Below are positions 35,633-47,800 of a stretch of DNA of 64,000 nucleotides, piece after piece. The stretch is taken from positions 186,001 through 250,000 of IMG/VR virus record IMGVR_UViG_3300023184_000025; one strand, 5' to 3'. Each line of letters opens with the position of its first letter. Position 1 is the stretch's first letter. A program made the position numbers and the translations under genes. The notes below the pieces were generated by a model. The model saw only the letters and a program-made list of their open reading frames with translations. It was not told where the DNA came from and did not search any database.

Positions 35633-37872
35633 TGGCTGATAATATTCAACGTACCAAAGGCCGCGGAGAAGGCTATAAGTTTGATCGCGGCGGTACCCCT
35701 GCTGAGTTTGGGCCGTACATTGGCAGGATCATGAACAACGTGGACCCTACCAGGTCTGGACGACTGCAAGTTTATATTGAACAGTTTGGCGGAAGTAACC
35801 CTAAAGATAAAAGTCTTTGGCGTACGGTAAGTTATGTCCCACCATTTTACGGAGTTACTCCTCACACAGGAACCAATGTTGGAACTGGAACATTTACTGG
35901 TAATCAACAGAGTTATGGCATGTGGTTTACTCCTCCAGACGTTGGTACCAGAGTCATTTGTATATTTGTTGCCGGCGATCCAAACCAAGGATATTATATT
36001 GGTTGTGTTCCTGAAGAAGGAATTACCCACATGCTGCCAGCAATTGGTTCTAGTAAAAAATTTCAATTGTCGGACAGTCAGAAAGCATTGCTTGGATCAG
36101 CTACACAGTTACCAGTGACAGAAATCAACAATACCAATTTAAAAATTTCTGAAAATCCACGATTCTTTGATCAAGCCAAGCCAGTACACTCAGTTGTTGC
36201 CGCAGAAATGCTACAACAAGGATTAATTAATGATACAGTACGTGGACCAATTAATAGCAATAGCCAGAGAGAAAGCCCGTCAAGCGCCTACGGTATAACA
36301 ACTCCGGGTCGACCGATTTATCAAGGTGGACTTGCTGAGTCTGATATTAAACAAAAATTACAAAGTGGTGCAGTAAAACCACAAGACTTAAAAATAATTG
36401 CTCGTCGTGGTGGTCATAGCATTGTCATGGATGACGGAGACCTTGAAGGTAAAGATAACTTAGTTCGTATTCGTACCAGCAAAGGTCACCAAATCACAAT
36501 GAGTGACGACGGCAACTGTTTTTATATTGTGCATGCCAACGGCCAAACCTGGATTGAGCTAGGGGTTGAAGGCACAGTTGATGTGTACGCTACAAATTCT
36601 GTAAATGTGCGAACACAAGGAACAATTAACCTTCATGCAGACAAAGATGTTAACATCTATGCCAAAGAAAACTTCAACGTTAAAGCCAGCGCAATTAAAA
36701 TTGAAGGGGACAAGTCTTTTGACTTGTTGTCAACTAGTGCTATCAAGATGTACAGCAAAGCCGATATTGGAATCACAGCTGACGGCTCGTTGGTACTTAA
36801 AAATGGCAGTTCAGGTGGATGGGATGCTGGTGATAGTTTGGTATTGGTAGCAGGCACAATTGATTTAAATGGTGGTACTGCACCTTCTCCTCCAGAAAAT
36901 CCAAAACCGTTTACAGAATACGAGCTGCCTGATACCTCGTTTGGTTCTTCAGGATGGACATCAACTCCAGGCAAGCTTAAAACAATTGTTACCAGAGCAC
37001 CTACACACGAACCTTGGCCTGCACACAATACAGGGGTATCTGCTGATGTGAGTTTTGATGGCGAAGGCGGAGATGGCGGTAATGTTGTTGAAACAGTAGC
37101 AGATGTTGCTGGTGGCGGAACAGTTGAAACACCAGCAGAAATGACTGTGACCGAAACTGATAATCAGTTGATTTCAAACCCAATCAACTCAGCTGACTTC
37201 TTAAGTCAAGCACCTGCAGAAATTAGCCTAGGTAGCCTGGATAAAAGCCAGGTTACTGGATTGTTGGCATCAGCATCAGGATCAACTGGACTTAAATTAG
37301 ACTCAGTCGATCCTACAAAAGGAATTGGCAAATACGGTCTAAGTCCTAAACAACTAGAGGATTCAGGATTTTTAAAGCCAGGAACAGTACAGCAATATCT
37401 GTCAGATCCTGCTAAACTGCAATCAGTGTTGGCTAGTCCAACAGTTTGGACCGGCAAAGGCGGAGTAGGTAACTTGAGTAAGTTGTTGTCCAGCGATAAC
37501 ATACAAAACATGGCACAGCAAGAACTCATGACAGGTGCGCTAGCCGGACTTAAATCCTCTGGACTGGCCACAGGTAAAGAAAGCCCAGCACAATTAGCAG
37601 CCTTGGTACAAAGCACAACAAAGTTTGGTATTGATGCTACCAAAGCCTGGAGCACAGGCAATGCACCGGCAGCCATTGCTTCTGAATTTAATAATCTGGC
37701 CAAGAGTGCTAGTCAAGCCGCGTCATTTGTTACTGCCAAAGCTGGTGAGCTTGGCGCAGTTGGGCAACAGGTTGTAAATGCAGTTGGTACGGTAAAACGT
37801 GCTGGTCTTGACAAAGCACTGACAAGCATACTTGGTGATCCAAAAATCCCAACACCAGGATTTGGTGGATGA
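35632..37872 (+). CDS. gp5: Baseplate central spike gp5/VgrG-like
   Basis: OB fold DPTRSGRLQVYI...PPDVGTRVICIF; GGHSIVMDD beta-helix repeats; PTHEPW; C-terminal lysozyme-like region (GKYGL...WTGKGG). Confidence 0.8.
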   Translation: MADNIQRTKGRGEGYKFDRGGTPAEFGPYIGRIMNNVDPTRSGRLQVYIEQFGGSNPKDKSLWRTVSYVPPFYGVTPHTGTNVGTGTFTGNQQSYGMWFTPPDVGTRVICIFVAGDPNQGYYIGCVPEEGITHMLPAIGSSKKFQLSDSQKALLGSATQLPVTEINNTNLKISENPRFFDQAKPVHSVVAAEMLQQGLINDTVRGPINSNSQRESPSSAYGITTPGRPIYQGGLAESDIKQKLQSGAVKPQDLKIIARRGGHSIVMDDGDLEGKDNLVRIRTSKGHQITMSDDGNCFYIVHANGQTWIELGVEGTVDVYATNSVNVRTQGTINLHADKDVNIYAKENFNVKASAIKIEGDKSFDLLSTSAIKMYSKADIGITADGSLVLKNGSSGGWDAGDSLVLVAGTIDLNGGTAPSPPENPKPFTEYELPDTSFGSSGWTSTPGKLKTIVTRAPTHEPWPAHNTGVSADVSFDGEGGDGGNVVETVADVAGGGTVETPAEMTVTETDNQLISNPINSADFLSQAPAEISLGSLDKSQVTGLLASASGSTGLKLDSVDPTKGIGKYGLSPKQLEDSGFLKPGTVQQYLSDPAKLQSVLASPTVWTGKGGVGNLSKLLSSDNIQNMAQQELMTGALAGLKSSGLATGKESPAQLAALVQSTTKFGIDATKAWSTGNAPAAIASEFNNLAKSASQAASFVTAKAGELGAVGQQVVNAVGTVKRAGLDKALTSILGDPKIPTPGFGG

Positions 37873-37908
37873 TTTCTAAGATCCACCAACCCCACGAAAA
37901 ATAACCAA

Positions 37909-37914
37909 TAAATA
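37909..37914 (+). promoter_or_regulatory. Late promoter box TAAATA
   Basis: 5 nt upstream of ATG 37920. Confidence 0.6.
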
Positions 37915-37919
37915 ATAGC

Positions 37920-38294
37920 ATGCCTACATTTATTGGTTTCAGTACTATCAATCAGTATAAAAAATTTACTCTGGTCGACTTTGAGTTAATCAAACGAGAC
38001 CTTGCAAATGCTCTTAACATTCAGCAAGGCGAGTTGCCCGGACGTCCAGGTTATGGTACCACAATCTGGAGTTTTATATTTGAAAATCAAACCCCCGAAA
38101 CTGAACGCGGTATTCTTGCTGAATTACAACGTGTAGCAGGTGGTGACCCAAGAATTTATCTATCAGATGCATCAGTTTACCCACAGCTTAATGGGTTACT
38201 AATTGAAGTTGCAGTACAAGTAGTAGGGAGTTCAACAGCAGAAAGATTGGCCATATTCTTTGACCAAGAAACTCGTAGAGCAAGTTTTGTCTAA
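37920..38294 (+). CDS. gp25: Baseplate wedge protein gp25-like
   Basis: LIKRDLAN...GELPGRPGYGTTIWSFIFE...DPRI motif. Confidence 0.88.
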   Translation: MPTFIGFSTINQYKKFTLVDFELIKRDLANALNIQQGELPGRPGYGTTIWSFIFENQTPETERGILAELQRVAGGDPRIYLSDASVYPQLNGLLIEVAVQVVGSSTAERLAIFFDQETRRASFV

Positions 38295-38323
38295 AACTAC
38301 CCAGTTTATACAAACCATAAATA
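38295..38323 (+). promoter_or_regulatory. Late promoter with upstream AACTACCCAGTTT element
   Basis: AACTACCCAGTTT at 38295; TAAATA at 38318-38323. Confidence 0.6.
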
Positions 38324-38341
38324 TGAAAACAGTGAGAGAAT

Positions 38342-41300
38342 ATGGCAAAGACAGCAAGACAAACAGCAATATTTGGAGTTGAGGACTGGAAGAGATTATA
38401 CCAGACCTACCGCGAGGCCGACTTTCAAAGCTACGACTTTGAAACACTACGCAAGAGCTTTGTTGACTACCTGAGACTTTATTATCCAGAAACCTTCAAT
38501 GACTACATTGAAAGTTCAGAATTTATTGCATTACTCGACGTTATGGCCTTTATGGGACAGAGTCTTGCATTCCGTAATGATCTAAACACTCGCGAAAACT
38601 TTATGGACACCGCTGAACGTCGTGACAGCGTTGTTCGTCTTGCCAATCTTATAAGTTATACCCCAAAGCGTAACGAAGCCGCTCAGGGATTTTTAAAAGT
38701 ATTCTCTGTGTCAACCACAGAAAATGTTGTTGACTACAACGGAATTAATCTTTCAAATGTTACCATTGACTGGAACGACCCGACAAACCCAAATTGGTTT
38801 GAACAACTAACACTGATCATCAATGCCAGTCTAGTAGACAGTCAGAAATACGGACGTCCAGGCAACAAGCAAACACTACTAGGTATTGACACTTCTGAAT
38901 ATGCAATTAATCTAGTGCCTGGGTTTTTACCTGTTATTCCTTATACCACCCCAGTAGATGGCGTTAACATGCCTTTTGAAGCAGTAAGCGGAACCAGTCA
39001 AGGCAAAGACTACATCTATGAACCAGCACCTCGACCAAATGGTGTATTTAATGTTGTGTACCGCAACGACTCACTGGGATATGGCAGCGAAAACACTGGA
39101 TTCTTTTTCTTGTTCAAACAAGGTGTATTACAAAACCAAGACTTTAACCTAGCCGAAGCACTTCCTAACCGCACAGTCAATATCAATATTGAAGGTATCA
39201 ATAATCAAGACTATTGGCTATATCAACTGGACAATATTGGTTCTATTGCCACTGAGTGGAAATATGTTGAAAGTGTCTATGCTGCCGCACTTGAACAGCT
39301 TGCACCCGATCAACGCAAAATTTATTCTATTACAAGTCGAACCAATGATCAGATCACACTGACATTTGGTGACGGAGTGTTTAGCGAAGTCCCTGTTGGA
39401 TTTTATCGTACCTATGTTCGTGCCAGCAATGGATTAAAATATATTATTAATCCTGAGGAAATGCAGAGCATTTCTTTGCCTATCAGTTATATTAGCCGTA
39501 CAGGAAGACTAGAAACTATCACATTCACATGTGGTATCACTACCCCAGTGAGCAATGCCGCTCCTCGAGAAACCATTGACGAAATTAAACAACGTGCGCC
39601 TGCTCGTTACTACACACAGAACCGTATGGTCAACGGCGAAGATTATAATAACTTTCCGTTTACTCTGTATAATAGCATTATCAAAAGCAAGGCAGTGGCA
39701 CGTTCTAGTACAGGCACCAGCAGATATGTAGATTTCACTGATATCACCGGCAAGTACAGTTCCACTAACATTTTTGCATCTGATGGCGTATTATATCGTC
39801 AGAACGTATTGCCAAGCTTTGATTTTGCATGGATTAATCGCAACGACATTGTTGATACTATTGCCAACAGCATAGAACCTATACTACCTAGTCGTAGTAT
39901 GCAACAGTTTTACTATGAAAACTATCCTCGTCCAAGTTTATCTGTTTTAAATTTTGCGTGGAATCAAAGTACCACCGTGGTTAAAGAAACCACAGGATAT
40001 TTTTATGTTGGCACACCTGCTGCCCCACAGTCTATTGGTAGCTATGCCAGCAACAATGCCAAATACCTAACACAAGGGTCACTGATTAAATTTGTTGCAC
40101 CTACTGGTTATTTCTTTGACACAAACAACAAGTTAGTTGTTGGAGTTCCAGTACGTGGTGATGAAAAATTAGTTATTTGGGCAACAATCATGGCAGTGGT
40201 GTTAGACGGAACTAACCAGGGCCTGGGCAACTTTCCTGATGGAACTGGACCAGTTATTTTAAACAATTTTGTACCCACTGGCGCACTTGCAGTTGAAGTA
40301 ATTCCTAAATTCATTGACGATTTACCAAGCACAATTCGACAACAGATGTTACAACAAATTGAGTTGTTTAGAAACTTTGGGTTGGGTTATAACAACTTAA
40401 CAGCAACGTGGTACTTAATTACCAGCTCAAATCTACACCAAGATGCTCCGTTTAGCCTTTCGTATGCACAAAACACCGAAGGACTAAATCTTGATGCTTC
40501 CTGGCTAATTCAATTTATTACCAACGGTGTTTCTTATACTGTGGTTTCTCGTGGCCTGGATTATATTTTTGCCAGTGTATTACAAACACGTTTTACTTTT
40601 GATGGCAATGAAAACATCTATGACAGCCGCACTGGATTAGTAATTAATGATTTTATAAGAGTATTAAAAACAAACTCAAAACCAGACAGTAACCAACCGT
40701 TGACCAGTGATATAACCATGGACATTATTGCACAACCAGTGCAGAGCGACGGCTATGCCAACGACTACGAAGTTGTTGTTAGCTATGTTGATTCTGATGC
40801 TGACGGAGTTGCAGATAACCCAGACTTCTTTGATGAGATTGTTGCACCTGATGTTGACCCTAATTCAAAATTGGTATTTTTAAAACAAACAGTTGACTTT
40901 GATAATCTAGAAAGATATCTGCCGGTTGAGCCGGGTATTGTAAATTCCCAATATGCAACCAAAGATGATATTGAAGTGGTTAAAACTCAATTCATTAGCG
41001 GACAAGTATTTTATGCGTATACAGAAAAAGTTTTTTACGAGTTAGTCTTTACAGTAGTAAATGGAAATGTACAACGTACATTGGTCCAGTCAAATATCTA
41101 CAGAGCTAGAATTGGCAGACAAACACTTGGGTTTCAATATAGACATAATAGTCCATTGACTAACATTATTGATCCAGGAACAACAAATATTATTGACTTA
41201 TATTTGGTAGTTGAAGAGTATTATATTGCTTATCAAAATTATATTAAAGATACTACTGGTACTGTTCCTGAACCAAACCCGCCAACAATTTCAGAGCTGT

Positions 41301-41815
41301 CAACCGCCTACGCTAAACTAGATGACTATAAGATGATTTCAGACAATCTGGTTCCTAACACAGTGATCTTTAAGCCATTATTTGGTCCCAAAGCCGCCAC
41401 ACAATTACAAGCAACAATTAAAGTTGTTAAAGCACCAAAAGTAACAGCCACAGTCAGCGAAATTAAGAGTCAAGTTGTTGCAAATGTAAACAATTATTTT
41501 ACCATTGATAAATGGGATTTTGGCGATAGCTTTTACTTCTCTGAATTGGCTGCATACCTACATAAACAAATGGGTTCTATTATTAGTTCTGTGGTTCTTG
41601 TCCCACTAAACCCATTAAAGAGTTTTGGTGATTTATATGAAATTAGATCAGCGCCAAATGAAATTTTTGTGAATGGTGCTACAGTGGCTGACGTTCAAGT
41701 GATTGATGCACTAACACAAAGTAACATTCAAAGTCAAACTCCGGTATCAGGGTTATACCCTGTCAGCACCACTGGAAGATTAAACAGCACACTAAGTCAG
41801 ACGGGTGAATATTAA
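38342..41815 (+). CDS. gp6: Baseplate wedge protein gp6-like
   Basis: YDFETLR, ENFMDTAERRDSVVRLA...YTPKR, FGDGVF and ETIDEIKQRAP...QNRMVNGEDY motifs. Confidence 0.88.
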   Translation: MAKTARQTAIFGVEDWKRLYQTYREADFQSYDFETLRKSFVDYLRLYYPETFNDYIESSEFIALLDVMAFMGQSLAFRNDLNTRENFMDTAERRDSVVRLANLISYTPKRNEAAQGFLKVFSVSTTENVVDYNGINLSNVTIDWNDPTNPNWFEQLTLIINASLVDSQKYGRPGNKQTLLGIDTSEYAINLVPGFLPVIPYTTPVDGVNMPFEAVSGTSQGKDYIYEPAPRPNGVFNVVYRNDSLGYGSENTGFFFLFKQGVLQNQDFNLAEALPNRTVNINIEGINNQDYWLYQLDNIGSIATEWKYVESVYAAALEQLAPDQRKIYSITSRTNDQITLTFGDGVFSEVPVGFYRTYVRASNGLKYIINPEEMQSISLPISYISRTGRLETITFTCGITTPVSNAAPRETIDEIKQRAPARYYTQNRMVNGEDYNNFPFTLYNSIIKSKAVARSSTGTSRYVDFTDITGKYSSTNIFASDGVLYRQNVLPSFDFAWINRNDIVDTIANSIEPILPSRSMQQFYYENYPRPSLSVLNFAWNQSTTVVKETTGYFYVGTPAAPQSIGSYASNNAKYLTQGSLIKFVAPTGYFFDTNNKLVVGVPVRGDEKLVIWATIMAVVLDGTNQGLGNFPDGTGPVILNNFVPTGALAVEVIPKFIDDLPSTIRQQMLQQIELFRNFGLGYNNLTATWYLITSSNLHQDAPFSLSYAQNTEGLNLDASWLIQFITNGVSYTVVSRGLDYIFASVLQTRFTFDGNENIYDSRTGLVINDFIRVLKTNSKPDSNQPLTSDITMDIIAQPVQSDGYANDYEVVVSYVDSDADGVADNPDFFDEIVAPDVDPNSKLVFLKQTVDFDNLERYLPVEPGIVNSQYATKDDIEVVKTQFISGQVFYAYTEKVFYELVFTVVNGNVQRTLVQSNIYRARIGRQTLGFQYRHNSPLTNIIDPGTTNIIDLYLVVEEYYIAYQNYIKDTTGTVPEPNPPTISELSTAYAKLDDYKMISDNLVPNTVIFKPLFGPKAATQLQATIKVVKAPKVTATVSEIKSQVVANVNNYFTIDKWDFGDSFYFSELAAYLHKQMGSIISSVVLVPLNPLKSFGDLYEIRSAPNEIFVNGATVADVQVIDALTQSNIQSQTPVSGLYPVSTTGRLNSTLSQTGEY

Positions 41816-44800
41816 TGGCAATACGCAGACGTACAATTGACCTTCTACCAGAGATTTTTCGCACAGACACAAACCGAAAGTTTTTGTCTGCTACGTTAGA
41901 TCAACTGACACAAGAACCTATCACAAAGAAAACACAAGGTTATGTAGGCCGTCGTGTTGGCCCTGGGGTGAACCCTGCAGATTATTATGTCACAGAGCCA
42001 ACGGCCATAAGAACAAATTATCAGCTCGAACCAGGTATTATTTTCTTAAAACCTGATACTAGCACAGCCATTGACGCAATCACATATCCAGGCATGGTTG
42101 ATGCATTAGAGTTACAAAATGCCAATGTTACCAAACAAGATAGACTCTTTGAAAGCCAGTATTATTCTTGGGATCCTTTCTGCGACTTTGATAAGTTTTC
42201 AAATTATAGTCAGTACTACTGGCTACCACAAGGGGTAGACAGCGTTGACATCAGCACAACTGAAGTTCCACTAACTGACACTTGGGAAGTAACTCGCGGA
42301 ACTGACGATTACACATTTAGCGACGTTCGGGGCAAAGATCCAATCATTACCGTTGCACGTGGCGGCAGTTATCAATTCACAGTGAATCAACCTGGTAGTA
42401 ATTTCTGGATTCAAGCTGAGCCAGGCATTAATGGCCGGTTATCAGCAACTCCAAATATTAGCAGTAGAGGTGTACTCGGTGTAGTCAACAATGGTGAAGA
42501 CCAGGGCACAGTCACTTTTAATGTTCCGTTGAAAACTGCTCAGGACTTTTACTACAACTTAAATGATATCGGCAGCGTTGACCTTGTAACAACCTTAAAC
42601 TTTAATCAGATTAATAACATCTCTGTTGCGCAGTTCTTGCAACAATTTCCAAATGGAATTGACGGTACCACCAACCTCAATAACAAAACTGTTATTTTTC
42701 TAAACAGGAATTCAGATGCTGAATCGGGCGGCTGGCAATTAACTACACCATTTGACCCATTGGTTCGTACAGTACCTAATCAGGTTGGTACATCTATTAG
42801 CTACGATATAAACGGAGAGCCCTATGATTATGTTCCCTATGAAACACTTACGGATATAATTGTCAGTGGTGAACCTGATCCATTAGATGGCCAGCCAGGC
42901 AGCTACGACAGCATTTTATTTGATCAGACAACAGATATCACATCACAAGCACAGCGTTATAGTGTTTGGCAAATTCAATATATTTCCGAAACTGGACTAG
43001 ATCCATATATTCGTCTGTCCAGTATACTGCCTGTGAATAATCTCAGTAAGTTTAAAATCTTGTTCGGAGAAACTTATAGCAGTACTTCATGGTATAAGAA
43101 TGCATCGGGCTATTTTGAGCAAATTCCTTTACTGACAGCAGTACTCAACACGCTGTGGTATCAAGACAGTACTAATCCTGAAATTTTTGGACAAATACGA
43201 CTAATTGATGCCGAGCAAGTAGAACCAATTGATATCAATGACATCATTGGCGCTAAAAATTACATTAGTCAAAATGGTGTTGAGTTTACCAATGGATTAA
43301 AAGTTCAATTTCGTGGACCCACAATCCCTGCTGGCTATCAGGATCTAGAATACTATGTTGAAGGTGTTGGCACCGGACCGGGCATTTCTGCTCGAGTTGG
43401 ATTTATTGACGGAGAAGCTTATTTTGGTGCCTGGCATCTTAAAGGTAATCAAAAAATCACAGGAACAATACGTCAGACTGACGTGTATCAACAATATATC
43501 TATGATACCGTGGAAGAAAGTCTGCTCAATATTGGCACCGGTGAAACAACTGGTACACCATTGGCAACCAGTGGCGTAGCAGGAGCACCAAGAGGCAATG
43601 GTATTATTTTAATTCCAGTTAGCGAACTAGTAACTCCAGAAACATATACCAAAAGTGAAACTATTCCTTATGATTTTACATCATACGATTCTACTCCCTG
43701 GGATGCTAGTTTAAATGCGCCAACGGTGCCTGATTACATTACAATAAATCGTGCAAGCCAGGATAGAAATGCCTGGAGTCGTAGCAATCGTTGGTTCCAC
43801 AAAGATGTTATTAATGCCACTGCTGAATACAATAATCAGGTGGCAGTTATAGATAATAATTATAGAGCAAAACGCCCAATTATTGAATTCCGTGCCAACA
43901 TTGATTTATACAATAACGGAACACAGGCCAAACCACCAGTTAACATTGTTGACTTTGCCATCACAGATGCATTCAGCAATATCAACGGCCAACGAGGCTA
44001 TAGCACTGATGGGTATACATTTATTGATGGAAGCCTTGTGATTTTTGCCAACGATTCAGATGCAACTGTACGCAATAGAATCTACAAAGTTAAGTTTATT
44101 GATACCACAGGCACGGGAGCTAAAATTATTGACTTAATCCCAGTTATCAACAGTCAAGCATTGGTAAATCAAACTGTTGTTTGTCTAAGCGGCAATACAC
44201 AGCAAGGAAAAAGCTATTGGTTTGACGGAGTATCTTGGTACGAAGCACAGGAAAAAATTGGAGTTAACCAACCACCGTTGTTTGATGTGTTTGACCCTGA
44301 TGGAGTAAGTTTTGGCAATCGTGCAGTTTACCCTAGTTCAACATTTACAGGGTCAAGATTGTTTGGATACGGAGTAGGAACCACATCGTCAGTAGACGTT
44401 GTGCTTGGTTTTTCTTTAAAATATTTGAATATTAATAATCTTGGTGACATTGTATTTGAAAATTACTTGTACAACGATACTTTTATCTATGTCAAAGATA
44501 ACATAAGTTCAGAATTAAAAGTAAGCACTGGGTTTGTTAGAGAATATATTGACCGTGTATCGTTTACCGAAGTGATCGGCTGGCAAAAAGCGGCAGCAGA
44601 AAACCGCAGCCGCCAAATATTTAGATTTACATACAACGGTGAAAACTTAAAACTAGATGTGCCCGTGACAACTACATCAGTGTTCCCAGCAGTACAGATG
44701 TTTATTGAAGGTGTGTTTGTTGACCCAACCAAGTATTCAGTTACTATTAATGGGCAAAATACCATAATTGAATTGGCCACTACTCCTGCACTTGGCACAA

Positions 44801-47800
44801 TAATTGAACTACAAGTACTGAGCAACTATGCAAGTAAAGTCGGATTCTATGAAGTTCCGTTAAATCTTGAAAATAATCCTCTTAACGAAAACAGCGGATC
44901 GTATACTCTTGGCACAATCAGAACCCACTATGAAAGTATTGGGCAAAATCTTAAAAATATTGTCGGACCAATCAATGGCGCAAATAACACTCGAGATCTT
45001 GGAGATTTAATTCCGTACGGTGACAACATCGTGCAACACTCTGCTCCACTGGCACTAACAGGTGTATTCCTTAGAGAACAACAATACGAGTTGTTTAATT
45101 CTTTAAGATTTAACAGTCAAGAATACACAAAATATAAATCATTGTTGCTGGACTTGGCTGCCAAAGGAAATTACATTAACTTAACACCAACTCAGGTGTT
45201 GGATTCTGTACTACAAGAAATTTCAATAGGCCGATCAAATCTGTCTCCATTCTACTGGAGTGACATGATTCCCAGCGGAGAAACATACGCTGAAATAACA
45301 TACACATATTCGTTTACCAGCGACAGTACATTTGATCTATCAACAATTTATAATTTTACATCTTCAAACTACCACAGCGTATTAGTTTACTTAAACGGAA
45401 ATATACTAACTCGTGAGTATGATTATACAGTATCTGCAGATTCTCCTACAATGACAATCACAGCAACTTTAGCCGTTGGGGATGTCATTAAAATTCGCGA
45501 ATATAACACAACCTATGGTAGTTACGTTCCAAACACACCAACAAAAATTGGATTATATCCAGCATTCAAGCCATCTATGTTTGTGTCAGACACCTATGTT
45601 AATTCAACAGAAGTAATACAAGGACATGACGGCAGTATTACTGTAGCATTTGGAGATTTCCGAGATCAAGTGTTATTAGAATTCGAAACACGAATCTTTA
45701 ATAACTTAAAAATTATCAGTGAAATTCCAATAACCCTAGACGACGTCATGCCCGGACAATTTAGAACCACTGAATATTCTCTTACTGAAATTAACAATAT
45801 TCTCAGCGAAGATTTTTTAAGCTGGGTAGGATGGAATAAACTTGACTACAATACTCAGTTTTATGTACCATTAAATCCGTTCACATATAATTACAGCCAG
45901 AGTGCAAACAAGTTAGATAATCAACCACTGTTGGGTAACTGGCGCGGCAATTACTTGTATTTTTACGATACAATTACTCCTAATACAACCCCCTGGGAAA
46001 TGCTTGGATTTAGTCAGCAACCATATTGGTGGGAAGCAGAATACGGTCCTGCGCCATACACATCAGGAAACTTGGTATTATGGGATGATCTTGAAAAGGG
46101 CCTAATCAAAGACCCAGTCGGTTACTATGTTGACCCACGATATGTACGTCCTGGGCTAACTCAGGTTATCCCGTCAGGGTCGGAAGGAGAGTTAACCAGC
46201 CCATTTAATTCAATAGTTGGAAATTTTGACCAAACCAGTTTCAGACGTAGTTGGGTGTTTGGCGATGATGGCCCAGTAGAGTCAGCCTGGCGCACCAGTA
46301 GCGCCTGGGCATTTGCTGTAATGCGATTATTGGCATTAACTAAACCCGCTAAGTTTTTTGCATTATTTGCCGACAGAGATCGTTATGTATATGATTCTGC
46401 ACATGAGCAATATCTATGGGACAATCGTTACCGTCTTGATGCTAAAAATCTAGAACCGTTATATGGTAACGGTGTCAGCAAAGCCAGCTATATTGACTGG
46501 ATCATTGACTACAATCGTCAGCGAGGTATTAATAGTACAACAGGATTAACTGATTCATTATATAACATTGATGTACGGCTCTGCTGGAGAATGGCTGCAT
46601 TTAGCGATAAAAATTATTTAAAAATTTATACTGAACGCTCTACACCAAACAGTTTAAATGCAAGTTTAATGTTGCCCGATGAGAGCTATCAATTATTACT
46701 ATATAAAAACCAACCTTTCTCAAAGATTGTCTACAGCTCTATTGTTGTACAAAGCTCTGAGGACGGTTGGGCTGTGTATGGCTACAGTAACAATGCTCCT
46801 TACTTTAATATATTAGTATCAAAACCAAGCGGAAAGACCCTCACCATTTCTGCCAACGGCGTTAATATCAGTGTTCCAGTTGAATATTCAGACACAGTGG
46901 CCGAAGTTCCATACGGATATGCATTTACTAACAAGGCCGCAGTCTGCGATTTTATTTTAAGCTATGGTAAACTTCTTGAAACTCAGGGTTTGATTTTTGA
47001 AAATAGAGAAAACGGTTCTGCTCTTAACTGGCAACAAATGGCTCAAGAATTTGTGTACTGGAGCAATCAGGGATGGGCACCAGGTGCAATTATCAATCTT
47101 AACCCAGCGGCAACATCAATTTCTGTTACACGGCCAGGCGCAGTGGTAGAAAGCCTAGTGCCAGTTACTATCGATAACATTATTTTAAATCAAAATCGTA
47201 CACCTGTTCCTGGAACTGATCTACAAATTGATCGTTTTGGTAATACATTTAAAGTTTCTAGTTTAACTTCAAACACTATTAACTTTTTAAATTTAAAATT
47301 TACTGCCTACGAACACCTTGCAATTCTTGACAATACCAGCATTTTTGCTGACTTGATATATCAACCGGTGACCGGCGCACGTCAAAGTCGAGTTCGAGTT
47401 TTTGGCACACTAAGTGGTGACTGGAACGGTACAGTTGATGCCCCAGGGTTTGTGTTAAACCAGGACAACATTGTGGCCTGGATACCAAATAAAAAATACG
47501 CCAAGGGTGAAATTGTATTATTTAAAAATGAATACTGGAGTGCAAGTACAATAATTCAGCCGTCACAGGAATTCAATTATTCTGTTTGGATTAAAAGTGA
47601 TTATGGACAAATACAAAAAGGCCTGCTGCCAAATGCCGCCAATGACAGCAACCAGCTGGCACAAGCATACAGCATTTATAGCGCAAACTTAGAACGTGAT
47701 GTTGATTTATTCAGTTATGGGTTGATTGGTTTCCGTCCTCGCGAATACATGCAGGCCCTTAATCTTACCGATGTAAGTCAGGTTAACCTATACCAGTCGT

